Assembly (NCBI GenBank): GCA_019828565.1
Contig: JAHDYR010000067.1
Span: 680,994-744,993 of the forward strand
DNA from: Carpediemonas membranifera BICM
Lineage: Eukaryota; Protista; Fornicata
Direction of reading: 5' to 3'
DNA: 64,000 nucleotides
Shown piece by piece: positions 23,292 through 34,893 of this stretch (positions are counted from its first letter, which is position 1; each line of letters opens with the position of its first letter). The notes beneath the pieces are model-generated. The model was not told the DNA's origin, made no database searches, and worked only from the letters and a program-made list of their open reading frames with translations. The position numbers and the translations under genes are program-made.

Positions 23292-25805
23292 AGCATAAAC
23301 TGCACGGGTCCAGGTCGGCAACCGTTGCCGACCTGGAAGCCGCTCCTTGGGCGTTGAAGAACAGAAGAGAAAGCGATCAGCGATGCTTTTATGCAGTATT
23401 AAGCAGGTTGTGCGCGTCAAATGTCCGGTAATGCATTCGTCACCATCTAATCAACATCAACTCTTTTTCTCGGCAATGCAGATGAGAATGCCCGTCACTA
23501 AAGGATGATTTGGTACTGAATAAACATTATAATGAGACTGGAATGCTTGTGGACACGAAAACAGCAATGACAACATCGGGAGCAAGACAAGAAGATGATT
23601 CAGATTTATGAGGGAGAGGACGCCAGGGATGACGGCGCCAGGGATGAGGCGCCAGGATGAGGGCGCCAGGATTACCTTAAGCTCTGCCGACCTGGTGGCT
23701 TTACAAAAAGCTCAGGATGAGGATGGTCCAGCTCCACGACCAGCGTAATCCCGATGGGGGTCGACACGGGGGAGGGTGAGTCTGACGATGAGGCGCTGTT
23801 TGACGAGACAGCTGGCGAGGCAGAGATGCCGGAGACCGCAGTGGAGGGCGAGTTTGACGATGAGGCCGGGTTGGAGATGCTGGAAGGAGAGTGGGAGGAT
23901 GAGGAGAGTTCAGACAGCGATGCCGAGGATAGCCTCGTCGACAACCTGTCATTTCTTCAGTCACAACAGGTTGAGTGTGATATGTCTGAGAGAGATACCG
24001 ATGAGGGTGTCCGTAGCGGGGCCAATGGAAGTGGGCTCGCTCCGCTCTATGACTCATGAAGACCAGGGAGCCCAGCAGACGCATTCGCCTTCGCCGCTAT
24101 CACGAGAGCGAGTCAGACTTGGGCAGCAGCAGCGACAGCGAGGACGGGATGCCGAAGCTGCCCGTTGAGGCCTTTGAGCACATCCGTGATGCCGGGATGA
24201 CAACTGTGAGGCTGACGAGGGCCGAGTATGACGACGTGATGGAGAAGAGAGAGCAGGAAAAGCACCAGAAGTAAATGGCGAGTGATTATCAACTGGATGC
24301 AGAGGCTGAGCGGCGTAACTAGCCTGCCAGGGTCCTTGTACACAGTATGTGTCTTGGCCAAGCTTGACTTCGTCGGTTGGCCGAAAAAGCATAAACTGCA
24401 CGGGTCCAGGTCGGCAACCGTTGCCGACCTGGAAGCCGCTCCTTGGGCGTTGAAGAACAGAAGAGAAAGCGATCAGCGATGCTTTTATGCAGTATTAAGC
24501 AGGTTGTGCGCGTCAAATGTCCGGTAATGCATTCGTCACCATCTAATCAACATCAACTCTTTTTCTCGGCAATGCAGATGAGAATGCCCGTCACTAAAGG
24601 ATGATTTGGTACTGAATAAACATTATAATGAGACTGGAATGCTTGTGGACACGAAAACAGCAATGACAACATCGGGAGCAAGACAAGAAGATGATTCAGA
24701 TTTATGAGGGAGAGGACGCCAGGGATGACGGCGCCAGGGATGAGGCGCCAGGATGAGGGCGCCAGGATTACCTTAAGCTCTGCCGACCTGGTGGCTTTAC
24801 AAAAAGCTCAGGATGAGGATGGTCCAGCTCCACGACCAGCGTAATCCCGATGGGGGTCGACACGGGGAGGGTGAGTCTGACGATGAGGCGCTGTTTGACG
24901 AGACAGCTGGCGAGGCAGAGATGCCGGAGACCGCAGTGGAGGGCGAGTTTGACGATGAGGCCGGGTTGGAGATGCTGGAAGGAGAGTGGGAGGATGAGGA
25001 GAGTTCAGACAGCGATGCCGAGGATAGCCTCGTCGACAACCTGTCATTTCTTCAGTCACAACAGGTTGAGTGTGATATGTCTGAGAGAGATACCGATGAG
25101 GGTGTCCGTAGCGGGGCCAATGGAAGTGGGCTCGCTCCGCTCTATGACTCAATGAAGACCAGGGAGCCCAGCAGACGCATTCGCCTTCGCCGCTATCACG
25201 AGAGCGAGTCAGACTTGGGCAGCAGCAGCGACAGCGAGGACGGGATGCCGAAGCTGCCCGTTGAGGCCTTTGAGCACATCCGTGATGCCGGGATGACAAC
25301 TGTGAGGCTGACGAGGGCCGAGTATGACGACGTGATGGAGAAGAGAGAGCAGGAAAAGCACCAGAAGTAAATGGCGAGTGATTATCAACTGGATGCAGAG
25401 GCTGAGCGGCGTAACTAGCCTGCCAGGGTCCTTGTACACAGTATGTGTCTTGGCCAAGCTTGACTTCGTCGGTTGGCCGAAAAAGCATAAACTGCACGGG
25501 TCCAGGTCGGCAACCGTTGCCGACCTGGAAGCCGCTCCTTGGGCGTTGAAGAACAGAAGAGAAAGCGATCAGCGATGCTTTTATGCAGTATTAAGCAGGT
25601 TGTGCGCGTCAAATGTCCGGTAATGCATTCGTCACCATCTAATCAACATCAACTCTTTTTCTCGGCAATGCAGAGGAGAATGCCCGTCACTAAAGGATGA
25701 TTTGGTACTGAATAAACATTATAATGAGACTGGAATGCTTGTGGACACGAAAACAGCAATGACAACATCGGGAGCAAGACAAGAAGATGATTCAGATTTA
25801 TGAGG
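23292..25805 (+). repeat. Array of the ~1.1-kb repeat (2 acidic ORFs, 3 palindromes), inverted relative to 16196-19200
   Basis: Same ORFs on the + strand at 24282 and 25378. Confidence 0.95.
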
Positions 25806-25931
25806 ACGCTGAAGAGGCCATGGTGAATCGACCGGGGACCCTGGCCCGCCATCTTCCTTCGTAAACAGTACGTCTGGTGCTCCCATGGTTGTTCCCAAGG
25901 TTCTTGTTCTTCGCGCATTGCTGGAATCGAC

Positions 25932-27206
25932 ATGGAAAGCAATTACATGCTTCAGGAGCTTCACTGCCTCACTGGTACGTCCTATCGTATGCGACGGGAC
26001 AAGTTATCTGAGAAATCGGTCCTCGTTGTCAACCGTTTCAACGATTCCGCCCGTGGACGTGCCGAGGAGCTCTTTCTCGCCGCTCTTGAGCTTGCTCCAG
26101 CCTCTAACGTGTTCGAGGAACGCGATGAGCCCATTGTGCGCAAGGCAGCTCCGCAACCTGCTGAGAAGCGCGTTCGCTCCGCCGATTGCGCAGAGCAAGT
26201 CGATTATCCTGCCAAGCCTTCAGACCGAGCCCTGCGCGCAGCCAGGCGCGCAGCTGGCGACGCCGCTACATCCCTCGCCGGCCCATCTCCCACCGGTTCT
26301 GCTGCCAGACAGCTTTCAGCGGATGACCCGTGCTCTGGCACCCGCTCGGCTGTCCCTTCCATGTCCCTCGCCGAGTCAGCTTCTTCTGGCTCTGTTGGTA
26401 GCTCGTCTGTGGCCATCGCCGACACTGGTGCATCCGCATCCGCCATAACTCCCACTGCCCGCGCCAAGGCGCCGAAGCGCAAGCTTCCTTTCCTTACCAG
26501 TGAGATTGATGTGGAGCAGTTCCTAAGCTCGTGGGCTAGTTCCACCAAGCTTGAGGCAGCCGGCGCCAGGGAGCTGAAGTTTATATCCAAGTCGGACCTG
26601 AAGTCGGTCATTCGGAATGAGAGGGTCCAGAGTGTCGAGCGCATCTGCAACATCGCATGGGTGGCATATCAGATGGAGCTCTACAATGAGCTGGAGAATG
26701 ACGGTGTGGCCATCGACGACTGCATCGTCCCGACCGAGCAGCTGGAGGTACTGCAGGCTAGGGTTAGCGAGGCCTTGATGCGACCCACCAGAGAACTTAT
26801 CGATGGAACTCGGAAGGTGTGGAATTACAGGGCGACGTACGCCGGCATGGTCAAGTCGATTTGTGACTCCATGGCAACGATGTTGTTCATCGACCCTGGG
26901 ACCGTCACGCGACACTATATTCTCGTGGTGAGATACATGATTCTCTTCCCCAATCTCTTCTGGGACCTGCTCTCGAGCCACTGTCTGCCTGACACCATCG
27001 CTTACACCAACGTTGTCATGGATGTTGGTCTGAAGAATCTTTTGCTTGACACCCCTGCCGAGGATGACTCGTCCCTCACCACGCTCATCCAGAAGAAGTT
27101 TGAGGGCGATGACAGAAGAGTTGTCATTTATAAGGCGATTGGAACAGCTGATGAGGAAGTTGTCTCAACTGGGGCAGTTCCTCAGGTCGAAGAGCCTGAC
27201 GAGTAA
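25932..27206 (+). CDS. Hypothetical protein, 424 aa (cargo)
   Basis: Long ORF, identical at protein level in copy 2; Ser/Ala-rich linker between two globular-looking regions; no motif recognised. Confidence 0.7.
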   Translation: MESNYMLQELHCLTGTSYRMRRDKLSEKSVLVVNRFNDSARGRAEELFLAALELAPASNVFEERDEPIVRKAAPQPAEKRVRSADCAEQVDYPAKPSDRALRAARRAAGDAATSLAGPSPTGSAARQLSADDPCSGTRSAVPSMSLAESASSGSVGSSSVAIADTGASASAITPTARAKAPKRKLPFLTSEIDVEQFLSSWASSTKLEAAGARELKFISKSDLKSVIRNERVQSVERICNIAWVAYQMELYNELENDGVAIDDCIVPTEQLEVLQARVSEALMRPTRELIDGTRKVWNYRATYAGMVKSICDSMATMLFIDPGTVTRHYILVVRYMILFPNLFWDLLSSHCLPDTIAYTNVVMDVGLKNLLLDTPAEDDSSLTTLIQKKFEGDDRRVVIYKAIGTADEEVVSTGAVPQVEEPDE

Positions 27207-27230
27207 ACTATATCCATTGATTTATCAGTG

Positions 27231-28142
27231 TTACTTACCAAACCGAGTAAAGGAGCTACGGGTAAACTGCTCCAACAGCTTTCGAGCCTGAGGCGAAGGC
27301 TGCGGACAATACCAGCTGCGAGTAGTTTTGTTTTCGACCAGATTGTTTTGTTTGGCGTCTGCAGTCGCCTCGCACGGTTTCTGCCAAGTTCTGGTCACCC
27401 ACGGCTCCTCCCACTTGGTGAGGTGATATCCGGACTCAAACTTGGAGATAGAGTCTATGGCATAGTGCATCACAGTGTCAGTGAGCTGAACAGCAGTCAC
27501 CTCTCCAGTGACGAGATCGGCTGTGCTCGTAAAGTTGGCCCAGTCAATAAAGTCCTTGAAGACTTCAGGAGAAATCTTGCGAAGGGCATAGTGCTCCCAC
27601 CAGACCGTGAAAGCAGTAGGATGGCTGACGATTGCGTAAGCCCTCTTGGCCACACTCGTCGGTGCGATGGTAATGCACGCCTTCCTGACCTTGTCGCTCG
27701 GTAGTCTCATGCGCCTCACCTTAGCAGCAATGTCACACCAAACAACCAAGTCCTGCACGTCTTTGAGCAGTGCGAGGGTGGTGTCGATCGACATTGACGA
27801 CGGATCACCAGCACCGAAACCTGCGAAGACTGTCGTCTGAATGTCGACTGCCACAGAGCCCGAGAACGACACAAGAAGGCTGTTCGTTCTCTCCATCATC
27901 CACTTACTGCCACACTGAGTGCATAGCCAAGCGGAAAAGAACGAGCTGCGGACATCGGCCCTGATTTTGGCTGTGTTACCGTTATTCTCGCCCTCGTTAA
28001 GCCTACTGATTGTGAATAGCGAGTACTTGTCCATAAAGAGCTCAAAAGCTTCCTTAAAAGCCGTTGTCTCTTGCTGTTGGGTGCTTGACGTGATAGTGTT
28101 CATTTCCATCCGTGCAGAGCCCAGCCGAACGTCTCTAGACAT
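27231..28142 (-). CDS. Hypothetical protein, ~303 aa (cargo)
   Basis: Long ORF convergent with the 424-aa gene; one CxxC; first ATG outside the repeat is at 28142. Confidence 0.6.
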   Translation of the reverse strand: MSRDVRLGSARMEMNTITSSTQQQETTAFKEAFELFMDKYSLFTISRLNEGENNGNTAKIRADVRSSFFSAWLCTQCGSKWMMERTNSLLVSFSGSVAVDIQTTVFAGFGAGDPSSMSIDTTLALLKDVQDLVVWCDIAAKVRRMRLPSDKVRKACITIAPTSVAKRAYAIVSHPTAFTVWWEHYALRKISPEVFKDFIDWANFTSTADLVTGEVTAVQLTDTVMHYAIDSISKFESGYHLTKWEEPWVTRTWQKPCEATADAKQNNLVENKTTRSWYCPQPSPQARKLLEQFTRSSFTRFGK

Positions 28143-28145
28143 AGT

Positions 28146-29546
28146 CTGAGCAGCGTAACTAGCCTGCCAGGGTCCTTGTACGCAGTATGTGTCTTGGCCA
28201 AGCTTGAATTCGTCGGTTGGCCGAAAAAGCATAAACTGCACGGGTCCAGGTCGGCAACCGTTGCCGACCTGGAAGCCGCTCCTTGGGCGTTGAAGAACAG
28301 AAGAGAAAGCGATCAGCGATGCTTTTATGCAGTATTAAGCAGGTTGTGCGCGTCAAATGTCCGGTAATGCATTCGTCACCATCTAATCAACATCAACTCT
28401 TTTTCTCGGCAATGCAGATGAGAATGCCCGTCACTAAAGGATGATTTGGTACTGAATAAACATTATAATGAGACTGGAATGCTTGTGGACACGAAAACAG
28501 CAATGACAACATCGGGAGCAAGACAAGAAGATGATTCAGATTTATGAGGGAGAGGACGCCAGGGATGACGGCGCCAGGGATGAGGCGCCAGGATGAGGGC
28601 GCCAGGATTACCTTAAGCTCTGCCGACCTGGTGGCTTTACAAAAAGCTCAGGATGAGGATGGTCCAGCTCCACGACCAGCGTAATCCCGAGGGGGGCGAC
28701 ACGGGGGAGGGTGAGTCTGACGATGAGGCGCTGTTTGACGAGACAGCTGGCGAGGCAGAGATGCCGGAGACCGCAGTGGAGGGCGAGTTTGACGATGAGG
28801 CCGGGTTGGAGATGCTGGAAGGAGAGTGGGAGGATGAGGAGAGTTCAGACAGCGATGCCGAGGATAGCCTCGTCGACAACCTGTCATTTCTTCAGTCACA
28901 ACAGGTTGAGTGTGATATGTCTGAGAGAGATACCGATGAGGGTGTCCGTAGCGGGGCCAATGGAAGTGGGCTCGCTCCGCTCTATGACGCTATGAAGACC
29001 AGGGTGCCCAGCAGACGCATTCGCCTTCGCCGCTATCACGAGAGCGAGTCAGACTTGGGCAGCAGCAGCGACAGCGAGGACGGGATGCCGAAGCTGCCCG
29101 TTGAGGCCTTTGAGCACATCCGTGATGCCGGGATGACAACTGTGAGGCTGACGAGGGCCGAGTATGACGACGTGATGGAGAAGAGAGAGCAGGAAAAGCA
29201 CCAGAAGTAAATGGCGAGTGATTATCAACTGGATGCAGAGGCTGAGCGGCGTAACTAGCCTGCCAGGGTCCGTGTACACAGTATGTGTCTTGGCTAAGCT
29301 TGACTTCGTCGGTTGGCCGAAAAAGCATAAACTGCACGGGTCCAGGTCGGCAACCGTTGCCGACCTGGAAGCCGCTCCTTGGGCGTTGAAGAACAGAAGA
29401 GAAAGCGATCAGCGATGCTTTTTATGCAGTATTAAGCAGGTTGTGCGCGTCAAATGTCCGGTAATGCATTCGTCACCATCTAATCAACATCAACTCTTTT
29501 TCTCGGCAATGCAGAGGAGAATGCCCGTCACTAAAGGATGATTTGG
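28146..29546 (+). repeat. ~1.3 units of the 1.1-kb repeat (1 acidic ORF, 2 palindromes)
   Basis: The 185-aa ORF at 28653-29210 matches the other units. Confidence 0.95.
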
Positions 29547-29837
29547 AACTAACAGGCTTTAATAAGCATGTCAAGCCTGTGATCACGATAACAGCCTTCA
29601 ATAACTACATCAAGGCAATACATCAAGAAGATTGTTTAAAGAGACGGCGGGGAGCAAGATGCAGGGGAGAGCGGCAGGGAAACGAAGGCATGGGGACAGG
29701 AGCCCGAGAAGAGCGCCTGGAGAACGGTGAGGAAGAACGGCGGGGAAGAGCAGCCGGGCGCATGGGTACACACATCTGTCATCATGTGGCATCAACATTG
29801 CCACAGTGGTCAACTCAATAACAAGCAATGTCTTCAT

Positions 29838-31120
29838 TTACTCACTGTTCTGGATCACCAATTCGTACGACGAGTAACAGTCGGGACAGAGCCGAATCTT
29901 GGGAATCGACTTGCCACAGATGACAATCTTCAGCAGCTCCATCTGTACGCAGTTGGCAGAGTTACAGAACCAGTGCCCGCACTGCCTACAGTGCACGGCT
30001 GAGTCGTTGCGTCGGCATGCGTAACACTTCTTCTCATTGAGGCAATAGCTACACGTGTATTTCCAGCGACCTTTAGTGGACTCGGCCCAGTTCTTGTTCT
30101 TTCCAGTCTTAGGCCGGGGAGGGACACAGCGTGAGTTGTCGTGGAAGTTCACTTTGCATTCCTGGCAAGTCACAAACTTTGACGTCACGCGATTGTCGAT
30201 CCAGTCCAGACTGTGGCAATGGCCGCAACAGAAACAAAGCAGCCTATTCTGAATGTCGAGAATCGAGAAAGAATCATCACCGACCTCAGACACATCGTCA
30301 TCGTTGTCCCCTTGGCTGGCCAGACGTGCCTCCACGGTGGCGAGCCTCTGATCGACACTCATCGCGACACGGTGAACATCGTGCAGCACAATCGACTCGC
30401 GAGGCGCTTGAGGGGAAGCTGGAGAGGGAACCGAAGTGGGACCGGACGATGAGTGCAGGAAAGGCTTCACTTTTCACGCAAAGCTCTTGCTTCACGTGTG
30501 TAAGGGCGGGGGTGGCAGGGTTGGGGATTTCAACTGTTCTGCACTTGCCCACAAATCTCTCCGGGTCATTGATATCGGGCACACAGAGATTAAAGTCTCG
30601 GGAGTCGAGATTATCTGGCACAGGAATATTGAGTCTCGACAGGACGGATCTGATCGCGCTGGTTAGCTCCGAACGGACTGGGCGAGGAGCTCTTGCAGAG
30701 AGCATGGACAACCTTGGGTTTCCCGTCAGATATGGCCACAGTCACCCCCATCGTCTCAGCCCAATCTCGGACGTTCTTCGCAACAACCCTTCCCATCGAG
30801 ACGCCAGGTTTCAACTTCAGCTCATCGAGGAAGTCCGGTGTTTCGGAGCACGGCTGAAGAAACGACACGATGATGTGGTTGAACGCATTTCCGAGCTTTT
30901 TGATGGACAGGCCAGTTGGGTCTGAGTCAAAGACGTCAAACGCAAACGTGAAGAAGGCCTTAAGCATGCCCATCATGAGAATTGACCGGCAAGTACTCAA
31001 AGCGGTTGTGTTCCACTTCGTCATCGGTCTCGATCTCTTAGAAACAGCCTTAACTGCATGATCGTCCGCCATGTTCTCATTTACGGCCGCGCGCTTCGTT
31101 TCTAGCTCCGTTTCTGTCAT
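29838..31120 (-). CDS. PHD-finger / Cys-rich zinc-finger protein (two frameshifts here; intact 426 aa in copy 2)
   Basis: CFCC...FVTCQECKVNFH...RC...WKYTCSYC (C4HC3 pattern), followed by CYAC...CRQCGHWFCN...C...CPDC. Confidence 0.7.
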
Positions 31121-31204
31121 TCCAGAGTAGATTTTCTACTAAAAATTGGCATTGTTACAACCAATCATTAACATTAATAGAGACTCACCAGCCCGCGGCC
31201 AATC

Positions 31205-33820
31205 GTGACTCAGGTTCGCATCAGACGTCGACAGAGACGAGTTAAACATGAGGCTGGGCAATTGTCTTCTGAGCTAATCCTTAACCTTTCAAAGAGGATG
31301 CTAATACCGAAGTGGACGCTATTACACGGCACTATTTATGCTCCTCAAGAGGATACTGGCATCAACACCATTCTATGCAGCGTGTACCTTTCCATTGACT
31401 CAGATAACGTCAGCACACATCGGTTTCGTGTTTCCAAAGCTCCCCAACGCCGTGAGTTCGTCCAGGTTGTTCAAGAGTTGCTCAGTGCAGGATATATATG
31501 TCGCCAGGATGTTTCAAAGCAGCTGTACCCCTCTCCGACTGCCACATCTATCGCTGCGGAGAAGAGGAATCACACGACTTACCCAAGAGCCTACGTGAAG
31601 CATACATCCGCAGTTGACACTCTCGCAGCCGAGAATGAGTGTCTACGGAAGCGTCTGGCCGACACGGAGCGCCTGATTCAACTAACGAACCAGCTCAAGT
31701 CCATCACAAACGGATACAATGCCGTTAACGACGAGATCCGCATAATGAACTCTCTTGCAGGTAGGCTTAACCTTGATATTGTGCGGATATCTCCTGTTAC
31801 CTCGAAGATCAAGTCTCTCGCGTGTAATATCCAGAATATGGAGGAGATAGAATCACTTCTCCAATCTGACACCGCTTGGAGGAGATTTATCCGCAGTCAC
31901 GTTCCCGCCAACATTCAGCACAGGGTAACGGCGAGAAGGTCTGATCAGGCCAATCAGGAATATGAGCTCGACCTCATCACCCATGTCGAAGCTCCTCTTG
32001 ATGTTGTACGATCATCTATTCAGGGCGACTCGGCCCATGCAGAGCACGTTGCAGGAAAGATCGTCGTCTTCTATGACTCAGAGCAGGACCGTGAGACTCA
32101 CTATAGCATCATGAAAGAGCAAGGCCTCACCCCTCGGATGCAGACGAGTGCAAGATATACCCATGTATATCATGCATCATTTGATATCATGGAGTATTAT
32201 CGCCAAGCGGTTGCATTCCCCGTATCGCTGGAGACGTCACGATCCGGGCGCAAGAGTGCAGCTCGGACATTAAGACGACAGAGTCATTCCGCTGAGACGG
32301 GGACGATCCCACTCGTGTTAGAGGTGTGGGTCGATGCGTGGAGAGGGCTGACAACCGCTGTTAAGATTCGTTTCCTCGACGACTCCCACAAAGTCTTTCC
32401 GTCTGGTGCGACTCCTCCTTTCCGGATTCTTGAATACAACGGCCCAGAAAGTCTCATCACTGAGCATTTTGCCTTCATTGAACAGTCCATCGAGAGCACA
32501 CACCGCGAGGTGCTGGAAGTCAGGAACACGGGTCTCCTCTGCCGAGTAACGCGTGTCTTTATTATCGCTGACCATCCAGCCATGTCCAAGGTTTGCGGGG
32601 CACTCATTGGAGGCAATTACCCCTCGCCATTCAGTCCCGTTCATTCGAAGAACAAGGGCTGGAGTCCCTTTGGTCGCACCCCGCGCTGCACCTTGGCAGA
32701 TATCCTGCTGGCGAAGCATAAGTCACAGTTCGACACTATTATGGACAGAGAGGCCAAATGGGGATCCTTCTATAACCATCAGAAGAAGTGCATCGCTCCC
32801 ACTTTGTTTGAGACGTCGACTGCGTCGCTGCCCAGAGACTGCGTCTTCTTATTCCCTCCAATCATGCATGTCAGTCATGACTTTGTGTCGTTGATTCATG
32901 CCATGTGCCGCATGTTCAAGCCAGAGCCAATTGACCCAGAGAGCGACCCTCGTCAAATTAAGGAGGTGAAGGCAAGGAACGCGATGCTAGCGAATCTGGC
33001 GTCGTTTGAGCCACCCAGCCGTACGACGGGCTGCAACGAGCAAGTCAAGGGGAGAAAGATGATAGCATCGATTGGACTTAAGCTGCATCGTGCGTTCCCG
33101 CCACCCGTGCAGTCATTATTCATACTCGCTGCATATCTCCAGGAGCACTACTATTCCCACGAGGATGTAACTGAGAACATGGTCGTGTGGCATCGCTTGA
33201 CAGCACTTCTCGTGCACCTCTTCTCTGTGACCATGTGTCTTAGCACATCTAACACGGTTGCCCCAGACATTCCGATCCGTCAACCATCTGCGACTCCCGA
33301 TACGGCGCCGTGTGTTGATACACTTCACGGATTGGCGCGTATTGCCGCGCTGCCGGAGATACAAGCGAAGACTCGGGCCTCCTTTGGTCGAGTCATCGAA
33401 GAGTGCTTTGAACGTGATTTCATTGGGAATCAGGAGAGTCGAGTGCGATTGCGTCAGAACCAGACGGTTCTTGAGAGCACTATTCTGAAGGAGCAGGTTG
33501 AGTTGCTGTTCAGATGCCTTCGTGGAGTGATTTCCTACGGAAGACGCGAAACAGATGTCCCACCCCAGTCACCCCTGAAACTTATGCGCATTCATAAGTG
33601 TTGTAAGGATGCCAATTGGTGGCTTCGTATCCGGAGTGTGCATTCTAAGACGCTGACAGCGACTGAGTGCCAAAAGCTGCACATGGTGTTTACGAAGGAA
33701 GTCAACGGCCTATGGCGCACTGTCTTGTCGAAAGCAGACTGTAGCTTTGACTCAGACTGGCTGGATGTTCCCATTCACGAGCAGGGACACACTCTTGATG
33801 TTTGCATATGCAAGAGATAG
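31205..33820 (+). CDS. DDE transposase, RAG1/Transib/CMC-like, 871 aa
   Basis: Candidate triad D377 (LEVWVDA), D456 (FIIADHPAM), E736 (SFGRVIEECFER). Supporting motifs YNGPES, IMH and LH...LPEI occur in RAG1/Transib order. The ORF-track start is GTG; first ATG is at 31298. Confidence 0.75.
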   Translation: MTQVRIRRRQRRVKHEAGQLSSELILNLSKRMLIPKWTLLHGTIYAPQEDTGINTILCSVYLSIDSDNVSTHRFRVSKAPQRREFVQVVQELLSAGYICRQDVSKQLYPSPTATSIAAEKRNHTTYPRAYVKHTSAVDTLAAENECLRKRLADTERLIQLTNQLKSITNGYNAVNDEIRIMNSLAGRLNLDIVRISPVTSKIKSLACNIQNMEEIESLLQSDTAWRRFIRSHVPANIQHRVTARRSDQANQEYELDLITHVEAPLDVVRSSIQGDSAHAEHVAGKIVVFYDSEQDRETHYSIMKEQGLTPRMQTSARYTHVYHASFDIMEYYRQAVAFPVSLETSRSGRKSAARTLRRQSHSAETGTIPLVLEVWVDAWRGLTTAVKIRFLDDSHKVFPSGATPPFRILEYNGPESLITEHFAFIEQSIESTHREVLEVRNTGLLCRVTRVFIIADHPAMSKVCGALIGGNYPSPFSPVHSKNKGWSPFGRTPRCTLADILLAKHKSQFDTIMDREAKWGSFYNHQKKCIAPTLFETSTASLPRDCVFLFPPIMHVSHDFVSLIHAMCRMFKPEPIDPESDPRQIKEVKARNAMLANLASFEPPSRTTGCNEQVKGRKMIASIGLKLHRAFPPPVQSLFILAAYLQEHYYSHEDVTENMVVWHRLTALLVHLFSVTMCLSTSNTVAPDIPIRQPSATPDTAPCVDTLHGLARIAALPEIQAKTRASFGRVIEECFERDFIGNQESRVRLRQNQTVLESTILKEQVELLFRCLRGVISYGRRETDVPPQSPLKLMRIHKCCKDANWWLRIRSVHSKTLTATECQKLHMVFTKEVNGLWRTVLSKADCSFDSDWLDVPIHEQGHTLDVCICKR

Positions 33821-34893
33821 TAAAGATCGGATTTAGTCTCGCGGTCAATCTCACGTGGCCCAGAGCAGCGTGCTCCTGGAATCAACAGGGCATAAAACAC
33901 CCTGCGTATTCCGGTAGCACACCGTTCTGACTCACGTCCGTCTCTGGTTGTCGTACAGGTCTATTTACGTGTTTGGCGATGGCGCTCCTGACATAAGCTT
34001 AATGGCGTGTCGTGGCTGTCAGTATGCTGCAAATGTCTCAGCGAGAAAGGAGTCACCAATCGCGTTCAGCTTACTTGTTTCTCGCCTGATACTGCTCGTA
34101 ATATCGTTCAAGCGTGAATCTATGAAGTAATGGGACTGAATGGCCTCTATTGCGTCAATTTCCTGCGTAATCGTTGTTGAATGGTCTAGAATAGATGTTG
34201 CAGCTACTTCCAGCTCATGTTGCATGCTAAATGCTGTGTTTTTGGACAATTGGTCGTGTTCAGGCAGAATTTTTTCGTGCAAAGTGCAGGCTAATACCCG
34301 TCCTTAAACTGTGGGATCAGCCGCTGGGTAAATATACTGAGAAAAAACCATATAGCTGAGTTCACTGTCTTGTGCTGAATACGGTGGCGCCATTTATTTC
34401 TCTGAATCGTCAAGTTTTGTCAGCGTTGACCGCGCAAGACCGGTCGTCCTTACGCGATGTCACCAACACCATCATATTCTTCCCCCTGACATTCTACGTG
34501 TCCCCCAGTCTGGATTCGTGGTCTGCAATATTCACAGAGATATTCGCCTTCTCTTTCGCGAATTTGACTCTGATCAAGTCGAAAAACGAAAAAACGACCA
34601 TATCTCGAAATCTACACGTTGGAATCGGTACCAGAGTGATTTTGCGCATATGTACATCCCGTCAGCAGTCTGCAAAATCACTCTCGTACCGATTCCAACG
34701 TGTCAATTTTGAGATATTGCTCGTTTCATCCTTTTGCCTTAACCTGCGTCGCAAAGAAGTCGAAATCAGTGGTTAGACCGCACTGGACCTCTTGCAGGCT
34801 CTCTGCATACGCGCTTTAGTATGCAATGAAGGTATTCATTTTCCCGTAAATTGTTTAAATTCAATGAATACTTCATTTTCGGTCCGGAAGAAA

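Noticed and set aside
24282-24527. 81-aa repeat ORF with HGSR as a recombinase HxxR motif
   Set aside because: The motif overlaps the palindrome, the start is GTG and no other YR motifs are present; probably coincidental.
34019-34776. Short ORFs near the right TIR
   Set aside because: No motifs, and a frame difference between copies; insufficient support as genes.
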